Source: Cirrosporium novae-zelandiae (Eukaryota). From it: DNA of 64,000 nt. The DNA lies in NCBI GenBank assembly GCA_026023565.1, contig JAPETS010000016.1, forward strand, positions 558,001-622,000, given 5' to 3'. Each line of letters starts with the position of its first letter. Positions within the stretch are counted from its first letter, which is position 1. The translations under genes were made by a program, and so were the position numbers. This document shows, piece after piece, positions 40,005 through 53,857 of the stretch. The notes under the pieces were generated by a model. The model did not search any database and was not told where the DNA came from. It worked only from the letters and a program-made list of their open reading frames with translations.

Positions 40005-40500
40005 AAGTTGATATATTGAAAGTACCTTCCCTTAAAGTGAATAAGGGTAAAAATATCTAGGAACACAGTCGATAGGCTGCGAGTTGGTCAGATCAGCTAA
40101 CATACATAGGTATTTAATACAACCAACGCAGCCAATACGAATCTCAACTCTGTCACATCACCCCTCACACCCCAAAGTCCCTTGAGGGGGCGAGGGAGGG
40201 AGCGGGATGTGTTGTTTTTCTTGTTGGTGTTGTTATGACGGTGGATGGAAGGAAGGAAAGATGGATACCTAGATATGTTTTTGGCTTTCCTTCTTTCCAC
40301 TGCTCTGTTGGGATGAAATAGGTAGGTAGGTAGGTATGTATGTATGTATTTTCCATTTTCCACTCCAAAACCACCCTCCTCCCCCCCCCCTTTTTAGCCA
40401 CTATCACCCTCCCCAGTTTCACCTTAGGATTCTTTTATTTTTTCTCAAACCGAGGAGGTTATTTGCAGGATTCATAAATAAAATCAACATTAGCGAAGAA

Positions 40501-41421
40501 ATGCTTTCAAAACTATATCTAGAGCCCGGAGCTACGAGAGTCGAGAGGAGGAGTGGTTCTCTTTCTGAGGCTGATAAGAAGAAAAAAGAAGAAGTAGAAT
40601 TGGCATCAAAACTATATCTACATCTCGCAGCTGTGAGTGAGAAGCTGAGAAGGAGTGATGTCACTCAACTCACTCACTTACTTATATATTGTATATAGGC
40701 CGCCAAATCCCTCGAGCATAAAAATGATGGTTCCGACAAGCCCATCTCCACAGTTCCCAAGCTCCTCCTAAAACCTCACCGATCCATGCTCAAGACCGTA
40801 CTTAACACCCTCCCAACAAAATACAAACACTGGGCTTTCGACCTTAAAACTCAGGGGCTGGATATCGATCTCGCTATTATTACTGCGGGTTTGGCGTGTC
40901 ATCGGAGGGATATTGAGATTTTGATTGTTGAAGCGAGGGATATTGAGAGGGGGGGAGAGAAGCCGTTAGACCTTCGGGATAATACTATTAATACTCCTGT
41001 TGGGAGTAGTGATGATTCGGATTCGGATGTGGGTTTGGGGGCGTCGTTGAGGAAGACTAAGGACGATGAGTTGAATCTAGAGGTAGAGGAGATGAAACTG
41101 AGGCTGGAGGATACTTTGCAGTATTCGGCGAAGATATGTGAGGGGATGGATAATCTTAGTGAAGCGCTGCTGCGACGGTTGGGGGAGGGTGGGGTGTGCA
41201 ATTTGAAGAAGCTTCAGGGCAGCACTACCCGGATTATAGAGGAGATGGTGGAACTGTTGAATTCGAGTAACCCACGCGCTTCACTGGGCAGAGAGATGGA
41301 GAGGCTACGGCGGGAGTTGAAGGAGTCGGTGGCTGCGAGTGAAAAGTTGTATTATGGCGATGATGTTGTCGAGAGCACAACGAGGGCCGAGGAGCTATCA
41401 AAGAGTTTAGGAGACCGTTAG
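40501..41421 (+). CDS. Orphan coiled-coil protein
   Basis: Exon 1 40501-40632, intron 40633-40698 (GTGAGT...CTCAC...TAG), exon 2 in frame with ORF 40786-41421. E/L/R/K-rich helical C-terminus. Confidence 0.6.
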
Positions 41422-41859
41422 AATGGCGCATAACGAAAGGGAAACACGACTCCCACGAAACAAAAGAGGTGTGATTGTTGTGAAATTGGAAATTGAACCA
41501 GTACTCGTGTTGTATAAACATGTATTATTTCTTGTACTGTACATTATCTTTTTGCTGTTGTTTCAATTTTTCAAGATTGATTCATGGTCATGGCCTTTAG
41601 GTAGTACATGAAGCAAATACATATGTTTGCAGAGATGGTGGAAAATTCATTACTTCACTTTAGGTAAATTTCACCATGATATTTCCTGTTTTATTGTCAG
41701 TAATTATAGATCTAACATGCCCCTAATAGCGGTTTCGTTATAAATTTACTTGTATTGCTTCACAATTAGACTGCATACGCTGGAAGAACTTCTGATGGCC
41801 ATTCCATGGAGTGTAGTATCTTGTAAGGAATTTAGGGATTTAGAATAACTCCTTTGATA

Positions 41860-41956
41860 TGCAAAGCACAGTACAGTACAATTATGAAAATAAAACAGAT
41901 GACCTGGAATAACCCCTCTAGTATGCAAAGTACAATTATGAAAATAAAACCGATGA
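41860..41956. repeat. Local direct duplication
   Basis: AGTACAATTATGAAAATAAAAC occurs at 41875 and 41929 with matching flanks (TATGCAAAG before, GATGAC after). Confidence 0.7.
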
Positions 41957-43996
41957 CGCCAAAGCATCAAAGGCACAATTCTTGGGGACCGGCCGGCACG
42001 ATCTGGCTGCAGATCCGAAACTACCCTGAACATGTGGCTTGTGGCTGGCACTGTACAGTACAATGCCCTGGTGTAAAGTAATTTTGGGAGACAAAAAGAA
42101 TTGTCAAGAGTGGACTGACAATCAGACGATAATATGATTCAGAATAGTATTCAGGGAGTCAATCTGCCATGCGGACGGGAAAATCAAGATATGCTTAAGG
42201 AGCTTTCCCAAATGTCGTTGAATTTTATTATTGTAGGGAGAGAGCTTAGGCAGCATCGAGTCCTAACGGTACCTGCGTAACCTGCATGACATGCAGATTT
42301 GATAGAATCTTGGACATTAGAACCGACCAAGCGATTTCTGCATTTTTGCTGATAAGATTTCAATAGGTACTTTCAGAAGAGCATATACCTGATGATTGAT
42401 AGTTCAGCCATTAACGGCCGGTACACAATATGATAGCATTTGCTAAAAGGAGGTAATAATGCCGAGGATCAATCGCCATAGCTGAGGGACTTGGATTCTT
42501 CTGAAAGTGAATGGATCATACGGTGAATGGTGCAGAATCATCCTCCCTTGGATAACACGGTAGTTGATCATAGGCAAAAAAAAAGAAGGGCAAATTGGTT
42601 TTTAAGACCCACTGTGATAAAGATTTCAAGCGGAGAATTTTGTTGGATTGTTTACAACTAAAATGTCCAAGGATTTTTAAGCTTGCATATGACCTAGCAA
42701 ATTTATCTGATTTGGTATTGATAGTCAGTCTGAGCATGGTAGAAATGCAGGTGATGAAAAAAAGATCAGCAAGATAAATTGTCTTAGATCGTGGAGAAGG
42801 CACGACATTGTCAATGCGACCATTTCTACCCAAGGAGAGCTTTGGCATGACTTTGCCTACTGTAGGCTGTAGGCTGAAAGAGAGCATTGCTATCGTGGTA
42901 TAAAATCAAGCTAACTTGAGGGAGAGATACTTAAGATGACCACATGAGAATGAGCGGTGCTATCGGGAGACCTGATTTCATCGAGTACCTTAGGTAGCTG
43001 TCATCCAACTCGTCATCAAAGAGAGCCAAAGGAGTCAAAAGAATCAAAAGACAGGGATCTAGGGTCAGATCTAGGGTCTCAGTTAGTTGTTGTAAATGGG
43101 AGAGAAAAAAGGGAATTGAAGATGAAGGAAAAGCTTCATGTGAGAGTTTCTACACAGGAGGTGATTTTGGTGTGGGGGGGAAGATCTTTACCCATTTTAG
43201 GGCATCCCTAGACCCTTGAAAGACCTTTTGGTGGCCCAACTTCCCAAATGAGTTCGAAGCCTCGATACCGTACCATCTTAACTTAGCCATAATCAGAAAG
43301 GCGTTACAATTGTAACAGGAAATGGAAGATCATATCCCAAAGAACTTCAAAAGACCGTTGTGAGAAAAATACATGAATTAACATGTGTGGATCCTAATTA
43401 GTTCACCCCTCCAACCTCGGAGATTCATCAATTGAGGTGCCCAGGGTAGATAGGTCACACCCCCCAAAGGTTTTAATTACCAGAGCTTTGCCAGAGCTTT
43501 GCCAGAGCTTAGCCGTAAAATTGGTTATTACGCATAACAACATAACCCTCAAGGAAACAGACAGTCAGACAGTCAGACAGTACAAAGCATTTGTAAATAA
43601 TTAAGCATTAAACTATTGCATTGTCAAGGTAAAAATTTCATTCAACTTTAACAAAAGTCAGTCAAGTAAAAGATTAATCAGATGTGGGTGGCAGGATGGT
43701 TTTTACAAAGCCAACTTTGTTAACTATCCTTATTGTCGGGTTTCGATCTGCTAAAGTTGTGTCAAAAAAGGATTTCGTGTATTGCCGATGACAGCGAAAA
43801 TCCAGGAACAATCTAATCAGTCCAATCGATCCTTAATATAAATTAATCGGACAACCACGACAACAAGTAATCAAACCCAACGGAGGATTTCTGTGGTTCC
43901 ACGACGGCTTCTAAAGATTTCTAATTTTTGTTTTACACCAAAGAAAAGAGGGGAAAGTCCGTTTTCTTAGTCCAGGGGGTTCTTGTGTACTCGAGT

Positions 43997-44031
43997 ATGT
44001 GTGTGTGTGTATGTGTGTGTGTGTGTGTGTG
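43997..44031. repeat. (TG)n microsatellite
   Basis: Interrupted TG dinucleotide run. Confidence 0.9.
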
Positions 44032-46783
44032 CGAGAATGGCAAGCCACATGGGATTTATTTAATTATTTATTTTTGTACATTAATTAATTGAATCTTTAT
44101 TCCAATATATTTTGTGGTCATGGTTGCCGCGGTAAACATTACCTTGCCACTATAAACATCACTTTGCCACCATCACCACTACCATCATTATCATCATCAT
44201 CATCATCATGTCAGTCAACTTCAACGTTCCCCATGCCGTGATTAATTAGTTCGTTACGTACCTTAGGTAGATAGAGTTTAGTTATTACTCTGAATATGCC
44301 TGATGGAAGCTTATTTACATGGGAATGATTGATGGTAGCTCATTTGGCTAGTGTGCTCTGTACGGTGAGACCAATGCAGTAATCAACTCCTGCTTGATAT
44401 ATCCATTCCTGGTCAAGTCAACAGTAGTAACGTGATGGGAGATACATGTCGTAAGTGATAGGCAGTCAAATATTATAAAATGTTGACGGCGAGGGAATTC
44501 CGTCACTATGGTCTTTGGAGCGGGAAGGGCTTTCAGACTTTAGCAGAAAAGAAACGATTATCCTTGTTGGATCCGTGGATGGATGACCAAAATCTGGCCA
44601 CAGCTCATTATCTTCCTCGATGGTCATCACCTGGATATATCCCTGTCGATCCTTGTAAACTGTATAGGTCCGGCTCCCATACAACGGTAACTTTGCGGAT
44701 AACTGCAAGTGTCTTTTTGGATAGCGATAACTTGATAAGTGATACGGTGGAGATGAGTTTCACCCTACTTGAGTATGTACTCGAGTATACGACTCGAGTA
44801 ATAGATTTTCTGAGGCTTAAAGCCGTCAACCTGTCAAATTTATTGAGTTCAAGTCAATGGAAATTGGATTCACAAGAATACCTAGGTAACTTAAGAGGTT
44901 CAGGCACAAGTCACAGTCACAGTCACAATCACAGTTTGTGTATGAAATCAGAGTTTTTTTTAATCTCAAGGTCAACTTGGTTTGCCCACATCTTCCACCT
45001 TCCACATCTTTGGTCTATTTCCAAGTCTAAAAAGGCTTTGGGCCCTTTGGCCTTTGGGGCGGAACATTATTCAAACTCCCCGACCGGGGGGATACGAGAT
45101 GGATACCTAGGTAACTCACAATCTCTCACAGTAGCTCAAGTAGTTTGCTAATGTGGATCTGCCTCATTTTGAGGTCTTTTTTTCTTTCTTTCCTTTTTCT
45201 TTTTCTTTTTTCTTTTTTATAATTATTATCATTATTATCTTTGAATGGATGTTATCAAGTATTAAATTCCCAATGCTTGTTCACCTTGAAAAGACAGTAA
45301 TTATTAGGTATTCAGGGGTCTCCATGGGTCCTGTGTTCCATGGTCCATGGTCCATGGGTCCCATGGCTGGCGGGGACTAACTCAATTGTGGCAGTTAAGG
45401 CCCTGTTTCCCTAGTTTTCTTTTTAGCCTTCAATAGCCCGTGAAATATGCCAAACACTCCTCCCACCTTTCATCACCTCCCCCATCAAAACCCCCAATCA
45501 CCTAAACTCCCCCCCCCCTCTCCGGTCACGCTGCTAAATAATTGCCAATCCGCGTGGGTACGGTATGCGGTACAATTGGACTAGAGAAGAAAGGTACATG
45601 TACTGTACACCCATAGGGCAAATTTAAGATGTGAAAATCACCTTTTTAGAAGTAGATGCTCCCACTGCATCAGAAAGAAAAAAAAAAGTTAAGTTACCTA
45701 TCGTGTTTCAATATTTCCTTTCCGTCATCCCCAAAGTCTAGAGTACCAAGTCTAGGTACAAGTCCAGGTACAACCTTTGACCCTAAATTTCCCAAAGCTC
45801 TCCTCGACCCAACCTTCGGCCCATAATTTTTTTATTTTTTATTTTATTTTTCTTCCCATCTACAAGGGTCTAGTTGTCCCGTATAGGTCTCACAAGCTGG
45901 CTCGTGCTTTGGGATCAAGGTCGGCCATTTATCGATTTTAAGGGTAGAGGGTTACGAAAGGTATGAATGGTAACTCGAGTAAAAGAGTAGGAAAACAAGG
46001 CATGGTCCTTGCTTCATAGTTACCTTGGAATTACTTACACCTTCACTACCCTCCCTCCCTCCTTCCTCCCAAGAGTCCCTTGTGACTGCACAATTCGTGT
46101 GTGCTCCGAGAAAGCCTCGTCGACCTCAATTGTAATCCTGTCCTTGCTTTGGCATGAACGTTGGAGACCTGAGTTGTATCACCTTCCCGCTGTCCAACCT
46201 CAACGATACCTCCACAGCTCCACCAAACACTACCTCAAGCCCTCCGCAAGCTTCGCTCAAACTCACCCACCAATACCTTCGTTCCCTTCTTCAACTTACG
46301 CTCCTTTGAAACCTCAACTTGACATCCCCCGAAGCTGAAAAGACTAGAGTCGCCTAATTCCACCTCAGCTCTAATCGATCTCTTAACTTCAGACTAATAT
46401 TGTGTCCTGGGGGAATTGTGCTATGCAAAGGAGGACTATGAGCCCGGCCCCGAAAATAGAATCCTGACCAGCATTAATCAGGGAGAGACTCTAAGGAATA
46501 TCTCTTGCAGCTGTCGGAACGCCTATGAGGTAAGTGTGTCTACTGGACGTTGATCACTACATTCCAAGTACCCCTCCTCCATTCTTCGGCTGATCCCTTC
46601 ACAACATCAGTCATATGACTCGTATAACTAACAAACTCTCGTAGATGAATATGGGCTGTGCTGGATCTTATTAGTGGCGAGCAGTCATCAACATTGGCTT
46701 CATCCTCAGTTCAATCTCATCTTGAATTGCGGAGACCTTTGCAACCGTTGTGAATCGTCCCCGAAATAAGATTTAATAGAGAT

Positions 46784-49700
46784 ATGGCGGAAATGGAAGG
46801 CGCGGAACGGTCGAGCATTTATGTTGCTCCCCTCAACATCAAGAAATACAAAGCACAAGGATCACAATCCCTCTCAAGAACCTCATCAGTAGTATCAAGG
46901 CGGAGGAATAAGACTTCGGTTGCCTCACAAACACAGATGACACCTCCCCTCTCACCTCGATCGTCTCAAGAAACCATTGCCAGCGAAGAAGAAGAAGACC
47001 AAATACAACCTGTATTCCATACCTATCTTCGTGCCTTTTATCCTTTTCATCCCCCTATCAGTGTATCTTCAACAACCATAACCGTACCACTTTGCCAGGG
47101 CGACATTGTTCTCGTCCATTCTATTCACACCAATGGATGGGCGGATGGAACGATATTATCGACTGGCGGACGCGGATGGTTGCCGACAAATTATTGTGAA
47201 CCGTTTGATCCAGGAGCGATGACAACTTTATTTCACGCTTTGACGACCTTCTGGGATCAAGTCCGAGACTGGACGGAGAACAATTTAGATAGGATTGGAA
47301 ATCAGGATTATATGCGCGGTATTATAGCGGGAATCCGCGTCTTGCTGGTAAGTAGATCATTTCATTGAAACACGATTTCCACGGACACTAACATGGATGG
47401 CCACCAAGGAACGGACCGGTTGCCTAAATCGAGATTCACCTAATGTTCAAACGCATAATGGGTTGAAGCGAAATCGTAAGGTTTTGCTGTCAGACCTGTC
47501 CGCATTGGTCAGGACCAGCAAATCATTACAGGATGTCATAGCAGGGAAGCAGACCGATCTGCCGGTAGCGGATATCCTAGATGAAATGTTACTGAGGGCT
47601 TTTAAGCTTGTCATGCGCGGTGTTCGATTCCTGGATATTTGGAAGAGTGAATTTAAATCTGGTAATATTGACAATAATAGCACTCAGCTAGAAAGTGGGC
47701 GCGCGGTACCCCCAACGCCGCCAGCTGAGACCGTAGCGGCCGGGTCGACGAGCGCATCAACGGAACCAGGTAACCCTGGCCCGAACCTCAAGTTAGCATC
47801 GCACAAGTTAATAAATGATGCAGATGCCGCGAACGAATCCGGGACGACGCAGCAAACAGAGGTTCCTTCAATTCAGCAGGAGTCCACCTGCGAGGCAGGA
47901 GATGACAATGCCAATCCCATTGAATCCCGGTCAACTCTTTCAGCTCATCGCCCGTCTGAAATCCAAACCAGACGAATCTCGGTAACCCACCGACTCTCAT
48001 ACAACGGCCAAACACTTGGCTCGCGGAATCCTAATCTCGCATCCGAGCGACTTAGCGCTTCTCATGATGCATTTTTAGGATGCCTGGGTTCATTTATTGG
48101 ATTACATTTACAAGCCCGCTCGACGTCCGAACTTCTTGTCATCACTCAACAATCAGTGACTTCATGTCGCAGCCTGCTCAACGTGGTAGAAGCAGTGCTA
48201 GATCATGACGTTAGACGTTCAGAGATCTTGGAGCAAGCACGAGACGCAATGTATAAAAAAATCACCGACCTCGTCCATACCGCCCAGGAGATTTTTCGAC
48301 CAGCTATGGCCACAAATGAAGAGGATGTTCTGCTACCCGATGAAGGAAAGGAATTGGTTGCTGCCGCCACCGGCTGCGTTCGAACGGCTGGAGAGTGCGT
48401 CGCAAAGACGAGATATGTCCTGGAGAGGATTGGAGATTTTGAGTTTGAGTCTCTAGGCTTGGGCATTTTCGACGTTGATAATCTGGAAAGCGGAAACCCA
48501 GCACAAGAACCCGCCGAGAATCCAGCTACTAGCCAGGAGATAGACGAAAAGCCGTTACCACCACCTCCTCAATCCCCAACCTCCCCGATAGTGACGGAGA
48601 ACACCTCGGATCCTTCTGAACCAAAAGGTCGCTCTTCTTCGGTTGAATCGTTTCTCCCTCCATTGCCTCAATTTGGCATGTCACCCTTGATGCAAGGGGA
48701 AGCTTCAGACTCAAGTCCAGAAACATCTACTCCTTCGATCTCCATTGGTATTCGCAAGTCTGAGAGTGGAGTTGCTAGTACCATCAGCAACAGCACTTAT
48801 ATTGGAAGTATTCGCGACTCCGAGACCAGTGCCCTTTCTCGTGCTTCTACTCGTGCAGCATCTCCCGACAATTCTCCACCAAAAGCCAGTGAATGCGAGC
48901 GCTTCTCTAGTACTCCAAGTACATTGGCGGAGGAATGTGAGGACGCTGAAGCCAAGGTATTGGAGAAGACTTACGCTCATGAATTGGTTTACAACAAGGA
49001 TGGCCAAATTACTGGAGGATCTCTGCCTGCTTTGATAGAGAAGTTGACTACGCATGACAGCACGCCCGACGCCTTGTTTGTCTCGACATTCTATTTGACT
49101 TTTCGCTTGTTCGCCACCCCGATGGGATTCGCCGAAGCCTTGGTGGATAGATTTGACTACGTGGGTGATTCGGAAAACATTGCCATGCCGGTTCGACTTC
49201 GCGTGTATAATGTTTTCAAAGGCTGGTTGGAAACACATTGGCGACATGATTGCGATAGTGTCGCTCTCGACTTTATTATGGAATTTGCCAAGCAGAAGCT
49301 AAATCCCGTCCTTCCTGGAGCTGGTGTTCGGCTCCGAGAATTGGGGGGAAAGGTTGCTGTCGCTACTAGTCCAGTGGTTCCAAGATTGGTCTCCTCAATT
49401 GGGAAGACCAACACATCTGTCGCAACATATATTTCCCCAGAGACACCACTTCCACCCCCGATGATATCCAAGGGTCAACTCAATGCTCTACGCAGCTGGA
49501 AGAATGGTGGTGCTCCTATCGGCATTTTGGATTTTGATCCCCTAGAATTGGCTCGTCAATTTACTCTCAAAGAGTCACGCATATTTTGCTCCATTCTACC
49601 GGAGGAACTTCTGGCAACGGAATGGATGAAGAAGTCTGGCTCGTTGGCTGTCAATGTTCGAGCCATGTCTACCCTCTCAACTGACCTAGCGAATCTCGTC

Positions 49701-50420
49701 GCAGATTCCATCTTGATGCTAGAAGATGTCAAGAAGCGAGCAAGAATTATCAAGCAATGGGTGAAGATCGCCGCCAGATGCCTTGAGCTCAATAACTATG
49801 ATTCTCTCATGGCCATTGTGTGCTCGCTCAACTCATCGACAATTATTCGTATGAAGTTGACCTGGGAAATTGTTTCGCAAAAAACCAAAGCAACCTGGGA
49901 TCTATTGAAGAGCATCGTAGATGTCTCCCGCAATTATGCTGTACTCCGCCAGCGACTCCACAATTCAGTTCCACCATGCATTCCATTCGTCGGAACCTAT
50001 CTCACTGACTTGACCTTCGTGGAAGAAGGAAACCAGACCACCCGACAGCTTTACTCTCAAGGGTCAGAACAAAGTATTGCTGTTATCAATTTTGACAAGC
50101 ATGTTCGAACAGCCAAGATCATCTCGGAGCTTCAACGATTTCAAATTCCATATCGTATTGCTGAAGTTCCTGAGCTTCAAACTTGGATCCAAGATCAACT
50201 TGTCAGAGTACGATCCTCTGATCCCAAAGACGTACAACATTATTATCGCCGGTCACTGCTACTGGAACCTCGGGAACAAATCACTGCAAGATTGTCACCC
50301 TTGGAACCGCAACAACAACACTCTGCCTTTGGCATTTCACGTGAAAACGTGAGGGAGAAGTTCGATTTTCTGAATTGGAGCCACCTCTCCCGAGAGAAAT
50401 CTCTCTCTACATCGTCCTAA
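46784..50420 (+). CDS. SH3-domain Ras guanine-nucleotide exchange factor (Cdc25/Bud5 family)
   Basis: Exon 1 46784-47347 with an SH3 domain (NGWADG, RGWLPTNY), intron 47348-47408, exon 2 with REM (GSLPALIEKLT, FYLTFRLF) and CDC25 domain (NNYDSLMAI, PPCIPFVGTYLTDLTF, INFDK). Confidence 0.93.
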
Positions 50421-52406
50421 AATACTACCAACAGAACGACACCTTTTGGTTCTTCAGCTTCTCTCAGGTACTCGTTTATTATATGTGCTTTTAATTGTTT
50501 GTCTTGCGTTCGAGCGTACTGGCGTCTTGGAAAAAACTAGCTACGGACGGACGGACAAGGCTTTATGTTTATGGGGTTTCCAGGATGGAATATTCGGAGG
50601 GTATGCTTGCTATTATGATCTGAATAGTGGTGTGTACTTTTGCATAACGAAGACACAGCACCTATTTGGATTTTTTTTCTTTTTTCTTTTTTCTTTTTAC
50701 GGTTTTGAATTATACCCAGGCCTGGCTCGCCATGTATCTCTCTTTGTTTATCTGTGGCCGACCCAATGACATACAATAAGAACTCGGAAAGGGAAGGGGA
50801 ACGGGGGAAAGGAGGTTTCGGGATATGATGATGGGGTTTTCTTTTCGTATTTCACTGGATGGAAAGGGGTTACTATTGTATACTGATACCTGAGGTGGTC
50901 CTAACTCCTAGTGTTTATTGGTTTCTATGGAAGGAGATTACGGCAAGATATGCGGAAGTTCAACAGTGGCTTTTTTGTCTGGAAGACTTTTACACTGATG
51001 ATTGTGGATGGATTGATGAAAATCAATACGGCTACTAACTGACTGACCTAGGTTATGGGGTCTTAGATAAGAAAATGCAATGATGAAAGTTTCCAATCAA
51101 TAATAATCATGAATGATCTGACTCGGATGTGTTTGTTGAAAAGTACCTAGGTAATTAGATGCTGAATGACGTGCCCAGTTGGCAGGGGAGGAAAGGCAAT
51201 AATTAGTGCGATGCACAGCAGATCAGCCAAGACCTCTAAGCATTTCTAATTTCTATCTTCTGTCTTTCTTCCTTTGCATCTACCAAGTAGAGACCTTGAA
51301 ACCAACTTTACCTTTCAGCCCAGTCATATTTCATCTTCTCTCGTCTATCTCTCTAGCTAACACGGGCTGACCTAGCATCTTGCTTGATAAATTCAGTTTT
51401 CAGGTACGAAAGTATAATGAATGCATCGCCTAACTTTTCGATAGAGTGCCTCAAGATGTACCAAGATGTACCAACAGAATAGAAAAGGAAATGAAATCCA
51501 GCCTTCCAGAACAGATAGCCTCATCTTCAAAGTCAGCCACAACCGTCGATAGCCAAGTGGATCGATTGGAAAATCTAGAGTCGGATTTTCTTGACCCCCC
51601 TTTTTCTTATTTGTTTTCTAAATACCTAAACGCCTCCATGCCTATCTTCTTTCTGATCTACTAACTAAAATATACACTTCGTCTACGCGCATCTATTCGA
51701 TCTTCTTCTTTGCCAAGATGCTTTTTTTTCTTTGATCATCAAGCCTCTATCTACTCTTTTCTCTTTCCGGTTATTTTTCTTTTTTCCGCGTTGATTTTAT
51801 TTTTCACCCGTTATTGCCAAGCCTTCCTCTTCCACTTCCAGACTCAAGAAAATGACCTCCCCCCACCCAACAAAGAGATTATCAATATAAAAGCACAGGA
51901 AGAGATGTAAGCTTCATATATTTACCATCTATTTAGCTCTTAATAAGTCACTCTTAATTTATTTAATTTATCCAAATCCTCATTTCCAGATTTTTTTTTC
52001 TTTTACCCCTCCCTCCCTATATTAATTACCAAAAACCCCATATATGTATATGTATGTACATGTACATGTACGTATAACGATGTATCCGATTGAAACTTGC
52101 TTTGCATACTGCACATCACGCTGCACGTTGTATATTTTCATGTTACATACGTTACATACGTTACATACGTCCTCCACCAGTTCGTTCGCTCACTCGCTCG
52201 CTTTATCATTCTACCCCTCTTTCACCTACCCGATCTTTCACTCACCACTCACCCGAATCCCAAGACCTGCGCACATGTAACATTTACACAACATACAAAA
52301 CCCCAATAAATCCCAATCCCTCTCGATCAAGATCTTGTGTAACACAGCACAACAGAAAGTAGGCAATAGCCGACAGGCAGCAACAGAAAAGAAGACTGAT
52401 ACATAC

Positions 52407-52523
52407 CAGTGTGACTCGATCACTACTAGTAGCGCTCTTGGGAATCGAACCCAAACCTGGTATTTATGGGCATCCGACACACAGGATTGAGGGCGTGTGA
52501 CGTGTTGGTTACACGGCGTCATA
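52407..52523 (-). other. Structured exon-like island with a tRNA T-arm / B-box
   Basis: TTGGG-TTCGATT-CCCAA at 52454-52438, bounded by a TTTAG acceptor (52524) and a GTATGT donor (52406). No complete cloverleaf. Confidence 0.35.
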
Positions 52524-52953
52524 CTAAAGGATATGCGAGTATGACTGGTGAGTAGGGTGGGGTGGGATGGGTTAGGCGGCTGGGAATAGGAATTGCGATA
52601 GCGATATGGTGAGTGGATGGGTGGGTAAGTGAATAAGTGAGTAAGTAAATAAATAAATAGTGTGGCGTGTGGTTATTATTATTGTTATTATCGTTATTGT
52701 CTAAAACGGAGGGTGGGTTACTATAGCTGATCTGGTTTTGGGGAATATCTAAATTAATAAATAATCTAGAGGGTCCAGTGGGTATGCAAGACATACATCT
52801 ATTTTAGGAGGAGAGAGAAGGTTATTGTTGTTGTATACCGTATAACGGATATATCACATATATGTCACATCATATCATATGGCAGTGTTGAATGGATAGG
52901 TTGGATGCGTAGTGTTAGATGGATAGATGGATAGATGGATAAATAGGTCAGGT

Positions 52954-53059
52954 ATAAACATAAATATAAATACAAACATAAATATAAACATAAACATAAA
53001 TATAAACATAAACATAAATATAAACATAAACATATTCATAATTAGTTAGTTACGCATAA

Positions 53060-53094
<35 letters not shown>
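52954..53094. repeat. (TAAAYA)n hexamer array and (CA)n microsatellite
   Basis: Tandem TAAACA/TAAATA units at about 52954-53033 and a CA run at about 53063-53094. Confidence 0.9.
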
Positions 53095-53098
<4 letters not shown>

Positions 53099-53857
53099 AC
53101 AAATCATTTCATTTAATCATTTAACCCTTCCCCCTCCACTTCCTCGTCCTTCCTCTGCCTTCTTCTTCTCTCATCCCATACCTTTACTCTCACCTCTCTC
53201 ACCCCCCACCCCTCATTAAAAACCTCACCTTTTGAATTCCTATCTTTCCAAAAATCCCACCCAGTAATTTTCATTCGTTCCTTCCTTCATTTGCGAGCAA
53301 ATAACTAATTACAGTAAGTATATGCTTGGTTGGTTATCTGATAGCGTTTTATCGTTTCACGTTTCAGATTTCGTATTCGTATTCGTGGGTTGTCTGACAT
53401 TTCAATTACATGGTTCGTAATTACGTGTTACGTGTTTACGTCACATGGTAATTAGATAATTATGGCTTAGTCTAATGATTAATCGATTTTCTGTCTTTCT
53501 GGGGGATCGATTCATGGATTGTTTTTCGTATTCGTACTGAGTACACTTATAGATACTTGTACTTGTACGCTCACTAGAGATCTAATCTGATGGGTTTGGT
53601 TATCTTGATAAATGGTTTTTTGGTTTGGGGGTGGTTGGGTGTTGGAAGTTTCTTTCTTATGTGTATGTGAGATGGAGATGGGTCGTTTGTTGATAGATGG
53701 TTGATTGATTTTGGTTGTATAAGATGGTATGGTATGGGTTTTTTATTTATCAAGAATTGAATGTGATCCTATCTATCTACCTACTATATAATTTATCATT
53801 ATAATATCCAATGTGTGATACCGGGTATTGGAAAAAGACCATGGACGCAAAAAATAC

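Noticed and set aside
44480..45151. 223-aa plus-strand ORF
   Set aside because: It has a non-ATG start, runs through palindromes and simple repeats, and shows no recognisable motif.
47447..49792. Numerous antisense and overlapping ORFs within the RasGEF (likewise in Med5, gdhA, MLH3 and DERA)
   Set aside because: They are shadow frames of real coding sequence.
52430..52530. Intact tRNA-Met gene
   Set aside because: The T-arm is perfect, but the anticodon stem pairs poorly and no 5' acceptor strand or D-arm/A-box is present.
53472..53545. C/D snoRNA-like ATGATTA...CTGA
   Set aside because: The C box is imperfect, the interior is low-complexity, and no rRNA antisense element is identifiable.
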